From: Candidatus Hydrogenedentota bacterium | Lineage (GTDB): Bacteria; Hydrogenedentota; Hydrogenedentia; Hydrogenedentales; JAEUWI01 | DNA: 64,000 nt | NCBI GenBank assembly: GCA_034669905.1 | Contig: JAXMOL010000011.1 | Coordinates: 1 to 64,000 of the forward strand | Direction of reading: 5' to 3' | Shown here: positions 10,155 to 20,600 of the stretch, in pieces | How positions within the stretch are numbered: position 1 is the first letter of the stretch | How the letters are laid out: every line of letters begins with the position of its first letter | Program-made: the position numbers and the translations under genes | Notes under the pieces: generated by a model | Seen by the model: the letters and a program-made list of their open reading frames with translations, nothing else | Told to the model about the DNA's origin: nothing | Database searches by the model: none

Positions 10155-11083
10155 TATAATTCCCATCCTTGAAGTTTCTTCGCATACTCCTCGATGAGTG
10201 TACGCATGGCCAGTTTCTCCAGCCATCTTTCCGGGATTCCGTCAACCCCGTAGAACGCTCCAGCTATTTGACCGTAGACAGCACCGGTTGTGTCGGCATC
10301 GTCCCCCAGGTTGACCGCCAACAGCGCACCCTCCTCAAAGGAATGGCTCTTGTGAAAGGCCCACAGGGTGGCCTCCATGGATTTGACCACGTAGCCCGTT
10401 CCTGCAATCTCCGGTGGCTCTTTCTCCTTGAATGAACCAGAGGCAATTTCATCAATCTTCGGGGACAGCGTGTGTGTTGTCCAGAACCCGGAAACCGGGG
10501 CGTACCGGGTTGAAAGCAGTTCATCCTTCGTCGCACCGTTCAGAGCTCCTACAAGGAGTCCACTGAAGTAACGGCAGGCGTCCACAGCTTCCTCGCAACC
10601 ATGTGTGGTTCGTGAGCTCTCAGCAGCTTTCTGAATCGCTTGTTCCGGACTGCTCGCGTACGCCATAGGGACCGGTGCCAACCGCATGATGGAACCATTT
10701 CCGGCAGAATTTGGTGAGGTAGAACCGCTGTAAGGTTCCCCACTGGTCGCGAAATTAGACAAGGCACCGCTGACAGTGATGCCTATATCAAAGCAACGCC
10801 CGTTACTGGAAAGATGCCCTTCCCTCTTCCATTTCGTATAGCGTTTCATCTGGTCGGAGGGGTCAAACGTCTTTGTTTCTATCAGGCTTTCCGCCAGGCA
10901 CAACGCCATCGAGGTATCGTCGGTCCATTGTCCCGACTTAAGTCGAAACGGACCACCGCCCACCATGTCGACGATGGGTTCAAACGTACCGGGAGGCTTG
11001 AACTCAAGGGTTGTACCCAACGCATCACCCGCTGCCAATCCAAGGAGGCATCCCAGAAAGCGGTCTTCTCGATTTTCATCCAC
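10154..11083 (-). CDS. ADP-ribosylglycohydrolase (DraG/ARG family)
   Basis: GLAAGDALG, WTDDTSM, AGNGSIMRLAP, GDDADTTGAVYGQIAGA. Confidence 0.95.
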   Translation of the reverse strand: MDENREDRFLGCLLGLAAGDALGTTLEFKPPGTFEPIVDMVGGGPFRLKSGQWTDDTSMALCLAESLIETKTFDPSDQMKRYTKWKREGHLSSNGRCFDIGITVSGALSNFATSGEPYSGSTSPNSAGNGSIMRLAPVPMAYASSPEQAIQKAAESSRTTHGCEEAVDACRYFSGLLVGALNGATKDELLSTRYAPVSGFWTTHTLSPKIDEIASGSFKEKEPPEIAGTGYVVKSMEATLWAFHKSHSFEEGALLAVNLGDDADTTGAVYGQIAGAFYGVDGIPERWLEKLAMRTLIEEYAKKLQGWEL

Positions 11084-11097
11084 GTTGTATCCCCCTG

Positions 11098-11637
11098 TCA
11101 GGTTGTGCAGAAATCTTGCACGAATTGAATTTGTCTCTGGTTCTCCGGCGACGATCCGGTCTTGGCGTCTGGACCACGTAATTTCCGAATAACGTCAACG
11201 AAGTTCTCTGGAGTTGCCAAACCATGTTGTATCAAATGACAGCCTACTACGGTTCCTGTCCGGCCTTTGCCTCCCCAGCAGTGGACGTAGACGCCATTGC
11301 CCCTTGATATGCCTTCATCGATGGCATCGAGGATTTTTTGCATTTCTTCACGGGTTGGTATGTCTGTATCCCGTATGGGTAAACGGAGGCAGGTAACGTC
11401 GAGAGATGCAGTCATGCCGAGTTCGACTATTCGGTCTTCATACGGTCGGAAAGGTTTGCCGCCCCAACTTACCTCATCAGGCTCCATCAGGTTGACAACG
11501 TTACCGATATGGGCGTTGACCAGTCCCGCAAGCTTGACGTCAGCCTCGTCGCTGTCTTCGGCACCAGGGTAACAGCCTGCCAGAAATCTGCCCTCTTCAA
11601 CCCAATAGCAACGATTGAAAGGCAGTGGAAGTCCCAT
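11098..11637 (-). CDS. Cys-based tyrosine/dual-specificity phosphatase (rhodanese-phosphatase superfamily)
   Basis: CX5R motif VHCWGGKGRTG, PIRD acid loop; probable start MGLPLPF. Confidence 0.9.
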   Translation of the reverse strand: MGLPLPFNRCYWVEEGRFLAGCYPGAEDSDEADVKLAGLVNAHIGNVVNLMEPDEVSWGGKPFRPYEDRIVELGMTASLDVTCLRLPIRDTDIPTREEMQKILDAIDEGISRGNGVYVHCWGGKGRTGTVVGCHLIQHGLATPENFVDVIRKLRGPDAKTGSSPENQRQIQFVQDFCTT

Positions 11638-11881
11638 TTTGTCCGGTCTCCGTTCAGAAGGATACTGCGCCAGGAAATACGGTTTAAATCTTAGCACATA
11701 CGGTGTGTCACGCCCCTTTCCGTTGCGGCATGAATATTAGTGGTGGCGTGGGCCGCGACCCATGGATAAAAAGGATGACCAACCCCATCGGGAATATGAG
11801 TAGGGTCCAGGTAAGGAAAAATGTTGATGGGCCAATAGACCAGGACCATCGTCGTCGAGGAATACCTGGCACCGGTAGAAA

Positions 11882-11895
11882 GTTATGCGCTTAAC
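11882..11895. promoter_or_regulatory. Palindromic site B (GTTATGCGCTTAAC) upstream of the phosphatase-ARG operon
   Basis: Matches the GTTAWGCGCWTAAC consensus; intergenic. Confidence 0.65.
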
Positions 11896-11924
11896 CCAAG
11901 GGGGCGTTGAATACGAAGTCGATG

Positions 11925-14654
11925 TCATGGTTTCCTGACACTCAAATTCTGGCCTATTCGTCCCGGCCAAAGTACAGCATACGGCTCTATCTCGGGCACC
12001 TTAAATGGCAGGTCCAACGTAGCAAGCCGGATTTGTACTTCTTTCATCCCCCTACTTAAAAGAGTTGACACGCTTTCTCGATTCGGTAGTCCCTCTCCCC
12101 CTTTTACGTTGCCCAACCTGTTGAGGACGATGAGCAGTTCCCAGTCTTTGTGGAACGCTTCGAGGTTTCCAGTGTTCTTACAGAGCGTGACGCCAACGGT
12201 CACGGAACGAATCGATGTGCCGGAACCCGTGACCCGATCAAAGATCCGATACACCAGAACGGGATTTTTTAACGAGACAGAGGTGACAACCGTTATGAGT
12301 TTTTCGCTCGACCTCGCTTGTGCGATGGCTTCATCGACAGCCTTGTGGCCCACACCAAGCACACGTTGCGCCGCGTCCTTTCCAGAAACGTTACGGTCAA
12401 AAACAACATCGTCGTAATTTCTACGCATGCCCTCTCGGAGCCATGCATCTGGCGTCTTGAAACTGAGTCCAGTCTCTCCGTCGCGGGGCCGCCGGTTGTT
12501 CAACGTCAACATTGAGACAAAGAATGGCCGCAAATCTGGTAGATCAACCTTTGGTATACTGTCCGAAACCTGCTGAAAATCGAACTTGGCACAGTGACCG
12601 ACCATATTCTTGACGGCATCGATAACGTCTTTTCCCCCCAAGCTGGCGGTCTTGGCGTCAAACCAATTATCAAGAGAATCCGCTCTCTTCAGGCTGCCTT
12701 CCGCGAACAACTCTTGGAACGTTCCGGGTGACGACATTCCGAGAACAAGCTGGAGAAGATCCTCGGGTTCATCCATGGCGTGGCCGAAAGCCAGCATAAT
12801 CCTGTTCAACTTTTCGTTGAGCTTCTCCCAGATTCGTGATTCTACGGTATCCGGGTTGCGCAACGAGACAACCCTGACTTTACTGGCCTGTCCGTATCGA
12901 TTGAGTCTGCCGACGCGTTGATGAAGTCGCATCGGATTCCAGGGCAGATCTACGTGAACAAGCACGGAGCATCGCTCCTGCAAGTCGATGCCCTCGCCCC
13001 CGGCCTCGGTTGAGACGAGAAAGCGCACTTCACCGCTGCAAAAGCACTCCGCCGCCCGCTCTCGTGAAACAGCGACAGCCCTTTTTCTCCCAGAAGAGTC
13101 GAGTACATCCTCGGCGCGCGCGTCGCCATTGATAAAGGTCACGCACTCATCGCCGAACTCTCTCATCAACGCGGACATTAACAACGACTGTGTTGCTTTG
13201 TACTCGGTGAAGAATAGGACGCTTCCGCCACCAGACAAATCGCGGACGATATCCAGGATGCGCGCAATTTTTGTTTCGTCAGCGACCCGCTCGGCGGCCT
13301 CAAGAAGCTCTCGCAATCGTGGCTCCTCGTCATGCATCAACGCCAGCTCGGCAGAAAGCTCGGCAATTTGCTCCTCCATAGCCTGAATCGAATCTTCGTC
13401 CTGAAGTTCGGCCAAGTCCTCGTATTTGGTCATGAAACCCATACGCTCCCGGCGGCGGCCTTTCAACGAGTCGAGTTTGTCTTGCCGCGCAATCGTCTTG
13501 GCGAGCCTACGCCGGATCGCGCGCCGGATCGCTGCGATGGAGCTGGAGGCCAGCTTTTGCATTGCGATGAGCACCAGCATCACCGCCCTGCTTTCGAAGC
13601 CGGACAAGTCGGAAGCATAGGCCCGCCCCGAGACGATGAAATCGGTGAGCATGTCGTAGAATTTTGCCTCTTCCGAAGAGTAGCCGTAGGTATACGGGAC
13701 GACATCAGGCGCTTGAAAAAGCTTATTGCCCCTAAGGTCGGTCACGTTTTGCTTGTTGTTCCGGATCATCACCTCCGGAAGCCGTGTCAATTGTTCAGTG
13801 AGCGGGCGGCGTGGATCAAACGAGTCCGGCTTCAGGAGCTTCAGCATGGCGAGAAAGCCAAAGTCTTTTCCACGGTGTGGCGTCCCGGTGAAAAACACCA
13901 TGGAGGAAACACGTTGCTTTTGCACGATCTGTTCGACGAACTTGTACCCGAGCGTCGCGCCCATGTGCTGGTCCGCATTCAGGTGATGGGCTTCATCGAC
14001 AATGAGCAGATCCCACGGCGGACTCTCGAAGAATCGCTCGTGCCGTCCGTTACGATTGTCCCGCATCGTCTGGACGGAGGCGACTACCTGTGACTGGGTG
14101 CCCCAGAAATCCGACTTGGGCGTATCCATGGAGGGCGCGTATACCGTCAGGCGAATGTCAAACATGGTGCGCAATCGGTACTGCCACTGCTCCACCAGAT
14201 GCGCCGGACAAAGAACCAGCAGCCGCTTCACGCGCCCGCTGGAGATCAGGGGCCAGAGAATTAGACCCGCCTCAATGGTCTTGCCAAGCCCCACGTCGTC
14301 CGCGACAAGCCACCGCATCGGCCACGTTTCATTTACCCGCCGACACACCCACAACTGGTGAGGAAGCAGCGCGATGCGCGACCGAGAAAAAACGCCCCAA
14401 GCATCGTTGACCGACAGGATTGCTTCCGCCTGAATGCGCGTCACCACGGGCAGGGGCTCCGCCCACAATCCCTGATCAACGGATTGGAGCAGGCTAAAAA
14501 CCTTCTTCAATGTACTGCGTTCGCACTCTTCAATTCCATGTTCGAATCGAACGAGCGTCGTGTCACCCTTATCGAACTCGACGGTACCAGTGCCGAAGCT
14601 TGGGTGTTGAACTCGGTCTTGAGGCGATAGGCCTTCGTAAGAATCTGTTCTCAA
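11925..14654 (-). CDS. SNF2-family helicase/translocase (RapA/DrmD-like)
   Basis: LLPHQ, LVADDVGLGKT, IVDEAHH, TGTP, STEAGGEGIDLQ, WNPMRLHQRVGRLNRYGQ; 4-nt overlap with the upstream gene. Confidence 0.93.
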   Translation of the reverse strand: MRTDSYEGLSPQDRVQHPSFGTGTVEFDKGDTTLVRFEHGIEECERSTLKKVFSLLQSVDQGLWAEPLPVVTRIQAEAILSVNDAWGVFSRSRIALLPHQLWVCRRVNETWPMRWLVADDVGLGKTIEAGLILWPLISSGRVKRLLVLCPAHLVEQWQYRLRTMFDIRLTVYAPSMDTPKSDFWGTQSQVVASVQTMRDNRNGRHERFFESPPWDLLIVDEAHHLNADQHMGATLGYKFVEQIVQKQRVSSMVFFTGTPHRGKDFGFLAMLKLLKPDSFDPRRPLTEQLTRLPEVMIRNNKQNVTDLRGNKLFQAPDVVPYTYGYSSEEAKFYDMLTDFIVSGRAYASDLSGFESRAVMLVLIAMQKLASSSIAAIRRAIRRRLAKTIARQDKLDSLKGRRRERMGFMTKYEDLAELQDEDSIQAMEEQIAELSAELALMHDEEPRLRELLEAAERVADETKIARILDIVRDLSGGGSVLFFTEYKATQSLLMSALMREFGDECVTFINGDARAEDVLDSSGRKRAVAVSRERAAECFCSGEVRFLVSTEAGGEGIDLQERCSVLVHVDLPWNPMRLHQRVGRLNRYGQASKVRVVSLRNPDTVESRIWEKLNEKLNRIMLAFGHAMDEPEDLLQLVLGMSSPGTFQELFAEGSLKRADSLDNWFDAKTASLGGKDVIDAVKNMVGHCAKFDFQQVSDSIPKVDLPDLRPFFVSMLTLNNRRPRDGETGLSFKTPDAWLREGMRRNYDDVVFDRNVSGKDAAQRVLGVGHKAVDEAIAQARSSEKLITVVTSVSLKNPVLVYRIFDRVTGSGTSIRSVTVGVTLCKNTGNLEAFHKDWELLIVLNRLGNVKGGEGLPNRESVSTLLSRGMKEVQIRLATLDLPFKVPEIEPYAVLWPGRIGQNLSVRKP

Positions 14655-17600
14655 TTCATCCGCTCCCGTGGTATCCTCCGCCCGTCGGCGAGGGTAACAA
14701 AGTCTCCATCTTCACAATTCGAACCACCCCAAACTGAAACATGGTGGCTATCGGACGCAATTTCCCGACCGAGGATTTCGAGTTGCCTACTTCTTGAGTC
14801 AAGGAGACTTATGAAGGGCAGATCAAAACTAAGTTGAAAAGTCGCCTTCTCTTCCCCGAGAAAACGGACAATGAACTCGTGGATCAAAACGGAGGCCGCT
14901 GCCCCATCCTGGTTATCGAAAATACAGCCCAACTGCGAGAAGAAATTCCGAACTCGACCGGAAGGAACATAGCAATGTCGATGTGCGAGTGGCTGGGATA
15001 CTGTTCGCCCCCGGATTAACTCTCGCATGACAAAACATGCGCCAATTCCCAATGTGCCAGTTATTTTTGGTGCGTCAATTCCCCCTCCCTGAAATCGAGG
15101 CGATGTCCGTACTGATGTTATGTCATCGAGATCAAAAACGCTTTCAAAATACTCTACCGCTAGTAATGCCTCGATATACTCGTCCAAGCTTTTGGAGACA
15201 CGGTAGAAGCTCGGAAAAAGCTTCATCCAGTGGGAGAACTGCTCTGAATCTTGGGGATTGTCTATAAACTCATCTAGCACTTTCATCCACCTTTCCGCTT
15301 CAATCTCCCGCGCCGAGAAAACGTCCAGCCAGTGTTTTTCACGACATAGGCTTAGGAAACTCCGGTGCTGCTCAGGGCGGCTTCTTCCCAGCGTATGAGT
15401 CATGCCAAGGATAAAAAGAGAATACCAACTCTTTCTGTGATCAATGTCATCAAACTGGAAACTGGGAGCGGGAAGTTCGATTGAGCCGGTAGGATAGACT
15501 TTGCGCTCGTAGTCTTGCGTCTCCGACTCTCTTGCTCCCAGCCACCACTCGTAAAGACGGTTGAGCACTTCTTCTGGATCTAGTGGTGGTAGGCCAGGAA
15601 CAGCGAGAGCGTCATCCTTAGGCGAGCTGCCCCCCAACAATCCATCCAACTCATCCTTTCGTTCCTGTACGAGATCCTTATAGTAAACGAGGTCATGAAA
15701 GTCTTCTAGCCATGTTCCTGCCTTCTTTTCTCTAAGATCACGCCCCAAGTCGCGCCCAAGCCCACCGTCCAGAATATATCGCAGCACAGCATTTTGTCTG
15801 GACTCGTCTTGGGCTTCAAGCGCCCACTCGACCAAGTCTGTCACAGGTGCGCGCAATTCCCTTCTGCAAATACGAAAGAACTCCACAGCCATTCCCAAGT
15901 AAGCGGGAGCAAGTACCCGGTTACGCGGCGCGAATGCGGCGCGGAGTTGTTCATCCGTCTCTGTAGCATCTCCCGCATTGGACTCAACGTCGTGTGCGAT
16001 GACGAGCTCTCTCGCCGACTGCGCAGTGTCATCCATAGCCCCAAACTTGTAGGTTAACAGCAGTTCCTGGAGACCTTCCCGCTCCTCTTCTTCGAGCGAA
16101 TCACACTGCATAAAACTTCGATTGATCAATTCACCGTACATGAGAGCCTTCTCCGCCGTAATTACCCCACTCCCACCGGTGTCCAACTCAAGCAAATCAA
16201 TCAGGGACAAAGACTCCGCACATCCTCTCTTGAGTATGCCGAGTCTTTGCAAGGCTTCGTCCACAGAACTTGAAATCACGCTTCCCTGGCGCAGGAGGTC
16301 AGTCGCCGATCCCCACGTGGAGGCACAGAGAAACACTTCTCGGCGTTCTAAAACCCCCTTCAATCTCGTCTCGATGTCCTCCAGTCTTGTCATCGCGCGG
16401 TAGGCGTCCCGCAACCCTGTTGGAATCACGTACTTTTCTCGGTAAAACGTGCGTAGATTACCTTCGGCTTCACCCCAGAGCACATCGCGCATGAGTCTGA
16501 TGGCGTTATTTTCATGCTGAGGTCGGCTGTCCGCAAATGGCTCAACCAGGAGTTCCCAGACACTGAACCAGAATGAATATGGATCCAGCTCGGGGCGCAT
16601 GTTCAGTTTTTCGATGAACCTTCTCCAATCGAAATTAGCAATCTGGTAGATGGCCTCCATCCCCGAGAGAAATTCTCTCCCGATCTCATGCGCAAGTGAC
16701 TGGTAGCTTGTTTCGTCCCGACTGAGCTGAGCGCGTCCAACGTCCAATGGGAATGGACCGTTGATAACGAATCCGAGCGTGGATGATTCAGAGGTTGGCG
16801 CGGTGACCCATACCGATGGAATTTCCGGTGGCATTTTAGCGAAGCCAGTGGGCTCAAGTTTGAATAGTAGCGCGCCTCGTCCCGCGTTGACCTTTAGGAC
16901 CGTACTGGGTGTATCGTTCGGCATCAATTCCAACTGGCCAATGTACAGCGTATTGACCTCGTCCAGATATTCCGGCTTCCATGCAACATGGTAGCTTTCT
17001 TCCATTTCGAGCTCTTCGATTCGAATACTCGTGATCGCACGAGAAAAGGCCAACAGGACGGGAGATAACCGACGGAAATCAGAAAGCACTTCCTGCGCTG
17101 GAGTCGTCAAGTCAGGAAGTTCAATCAGCGTCCCATTTCGGTCGTCAGGTCTGAATTGGTGTAACGGGCTGTTCAGTTCCTGCTGCTCGTCCGGGGATAG
17201 GAGTCTTGGCCAGAATCCGGATACAACCTCAAAGCCAAGCCGACCGCTCTTGATTCGAGGACGATCCGTTATCAGAAACGCACTCTTAAAGCCCAACCCG
17301 AATTTCCCCGTGACCTTAGATTTGCCCTGTGTGTTGCCCTTATCAGAATAGCTCAGTACAAGCATCTTTTCTAAGTCATTGTCGAATCCCCGGTCGCGTC
17401 CGTCGAATTCCCCTTCGCGAAACTTGTTGATCGGACGGCCCCAATGGATGGTGCGAATGGAATTCTCGCTCGCTATAATTACGAACGCGCCATCCGAACT
17501 GGTTTCAGCAGAAGTGGCGCGCATCTCCAATAATTCCACGGTGGCGTCATCGGCGTTCTGAAAGAGTTCAAATGGGATTGAAGCGGCACTGTACTGAAAG

Positions 17601-20600
17601 TCCTTCACCTTGGCGCGCAAGGCACTTAGAATTGCTTGTTGAACGTCTGAGTTCTTCTCCAGGAGGGCGATTAGTTCTTGCCGGACGATGTATTTTGCTT
17701 CCGCATCGCTGTCCCGATACTTGTTCGACTTTTCTTTCGCATTGGTCTCCGCGATCTGCTTTCGCACTCGGTCGTACTTCTCCAATACGCCCCGCAGTTC
17801 TTCATGCCCCTTGTCGACGCCCATCTGCCTTATTATCGTGAAAAGGGAGTCCAGAAGCATGTCTTGTGCAATAGCGACATCAAGTTGTTCACTTTCTCCA
17901 AGCTCCTGCCACAGTGCGTCAACACCTGAAACCTGGCGAAAGTATATTCGTGCGAAGAGCTGTTCCAGCGATGTAAGCAAGATTTCCCCAAGCTTGCCAT
18001 CCTGCTCTATGGCCCCAGGATCCAATGCCCGCAGGTCAAGATAGTTTACCCGATAATTCAACCCATCACGCCAGACTGCGCGAAACGTGTCCCCAATGAA
18101 AATCGTGTCAACATCCTTGCTTTGCTGTGCGATAAATCGCGTGCCCGCGATGGACTCAACTGCAATTTCGCCCTCGGACACGATTCGAATGATGAATCGT
18201 TGCTCCCGCATGGATTCCTCGAGCGTTTCGCTGGCTCCTCTACCCAGTCTACTCATCGTCGGCCAATCCAGGGCCTCTCTCGTTTTTTCTATGCTGCGCT
18301 GTCCCAAGTATTGTTCGGCAACAGCGCGGATCTCAGGCAGGTCACCGAGGAAGCACAAAAAACCACCAATGAGTTCATCGGGCAGCCTGTCGGCCCACGT
18401 GCGGAAATAATCGCGCAGCACAATTGCGCTTTGGGCGACTTCACCGTCAATGTCGGATAGGGATAGGTGAGTTTGACTTTTATTGGCGACTTCCCCCGGA
18501 GTCAGGTCGTCCGGGTGGTCGTCGGAGGACGCGGAGTCATGGAGGCCCAATAGGTCGGCCTGCTCCTCATTGAGGATATCCTCACGTCGTATGCCTGGGG
18601 CATTGATGCACAGATTGGTCGCTGCTTTCCATCGACCGGCGCGATTCTTCAGTCGAATGTGGGGCAACACCTCGAAAAGGCGACCCGATTCTTGAACTGA
18701 TTCAAGGTATCGGCTGTGCCAGCCCAGAAACTTCCCTTTACTCTCTCCGAGGGCCGATTCACTTTCGCCGGAGAGATACTCAAGGACGCTTACGAACTGC
18801 TCCCCCGATAGCGCTCCACTGAGATGGGGCAACAAGCCCTGAACTATCTGAGACCATTGAACAAGAGCCTTTGTACTAAGTCGATGGATAATGTCCGCTA
18901 CGGGTAGGATGGTTTTCCCATGAAAGACCTTAACGAATTCCTCAAGGTGATGTTCATCAGATACTTGAACGCCAAGACGAAAGTCCTGGTGTTCGGATAG
19001 TACCTCACCGAGCATCTCCAACTGGTCCTCAAGCGATGGAAGCAACTTCTCGAGGTGCTGCTTCATACCCGCATGGCGCCATAGTTCCTCGATGACATCG
19101 CTGTACTTTGCATATTGAAGGTCTTCCGGAAACCGGAGACGGTCGATATCGCTTTCGAGTCCGGGTATCCAGAGTATCTGAGAGGGCGACACAGCGACTC
19201 CACCCATACGTGTGGGTATCCACTTTGTCTTGCGAAGTGGATCAATGGAAGCATTTAGTTCGTTTGCCTTGGCACTTCTGAGAACTTCGGCGATTAAGGC
19301 CCAATGCGTCTCTGAATTTTCAGCCTTCAGAACTATCGGCAACACGTGCCCTGCCGACAGGACTTCAATGATCCCCTCCTGCCTTTTGGCCAATTCAGGG
19401 CTGGAATGCTTGGCGACGATTCTTGTCCTTTCTCGAACGTATGAGCAGGTCGGCACATTGCTCTCCAGGAAGGTGGTTGCATCGATATGCGTGAGTTCTC
19501 CACTGAGCGTGCGATGTATGGGTAGAGCCTTCAGCAAGTCCGTCTCGTGGATCTCTTCCAGGATGATATCCCGTTCCCGCTCCGTGAGAGAATCCATGTC
19601 CAGTCGAGGCAGATCGGCTTTGTACTCGACAAGCAGACGTTGTGTTTTGAGTCTGTCTGCGTTTACGAGCCAGAGTCGAGTCTGGTGGTGTGGATTCAGT
19701 AGGTCTGTAAGTTCTGGCTCTACATAGCACCAACGAGCGTTTTTGAATTCCAGCACGATATGGTAAAGACGACCCCACACGTCACTTCTTTCTCCACGAA
19801 CCGAAGCAACCAGGTCAAGATCGGATTCGTATGCGGCTGGGTCTCCATGCAACAGGTATCGACATACACGCCGAAACACCTCATCCTGATTGTCGTCCAA
19901 CGCCGGTAGAAGTGCGCCCAGCAGGGTCTTGCGCCGTTCCGGATTCCGCAAGCGTGGTCTGTACTTGTCGATGTACCGTATGCAGTTGATGCTATTGCAG
20001 GGATAAGATTCCTGCTTTCCGGTGGCATAGCGATACGTCTCGCTGTCGACGGTATAAAACGCGGCATCGGACAGGGCTTCCTGCAACGGTTTCACCAAGT
20101 CGTTTTGACTCTTCGAATACAGAGATCCATCGTCGTCGGTGGCGGCGATTTCAGTCAGCGTGAGCAACAGACTCCGATTCTCTGAGACTTTGCGAGCATT
20201 GAAGACCCGTAAGCCTCGAAGAGCCGCTCGGTCAAGAACCGTTTGGGCTATTGGCTCCTTCAGAAGCGATATTACAAACTGATGGCAGGACTCTGTGTAT
20301 TCTGGTCTCGAACCAAGCTCCTCGGGGGGGGTGGCGAACGTTTGCATTACACGAATGAGAGCGTCTTCATCGGCTACTGTTGGTCGATCACCGTCGAGGT
20401 ACGTCGCTGGAATCAGAGTAGGGCAATTCCCTGAGGCGGCTGCACAGCGGATCATTTCTCCGTGCAGCGGTACCTTCTCGCTGATTGGCACGAACCAAGA
20501 CGCAGGCATCTCCGCAACGAGACGCTTGACGTGCTGGCGGCACTTGCCCAGCTCGGTTAGAGAAATAGTCTGGAAAACGTGTCGCAGAAGACGGCGCAGA

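Noticed and set aside
11925..14654. DISARM or Zorya assignment based on the SNF2 helicase
   Set aside because: No DrmA/B/C, adjacent methylase or ZorAB genes are visible
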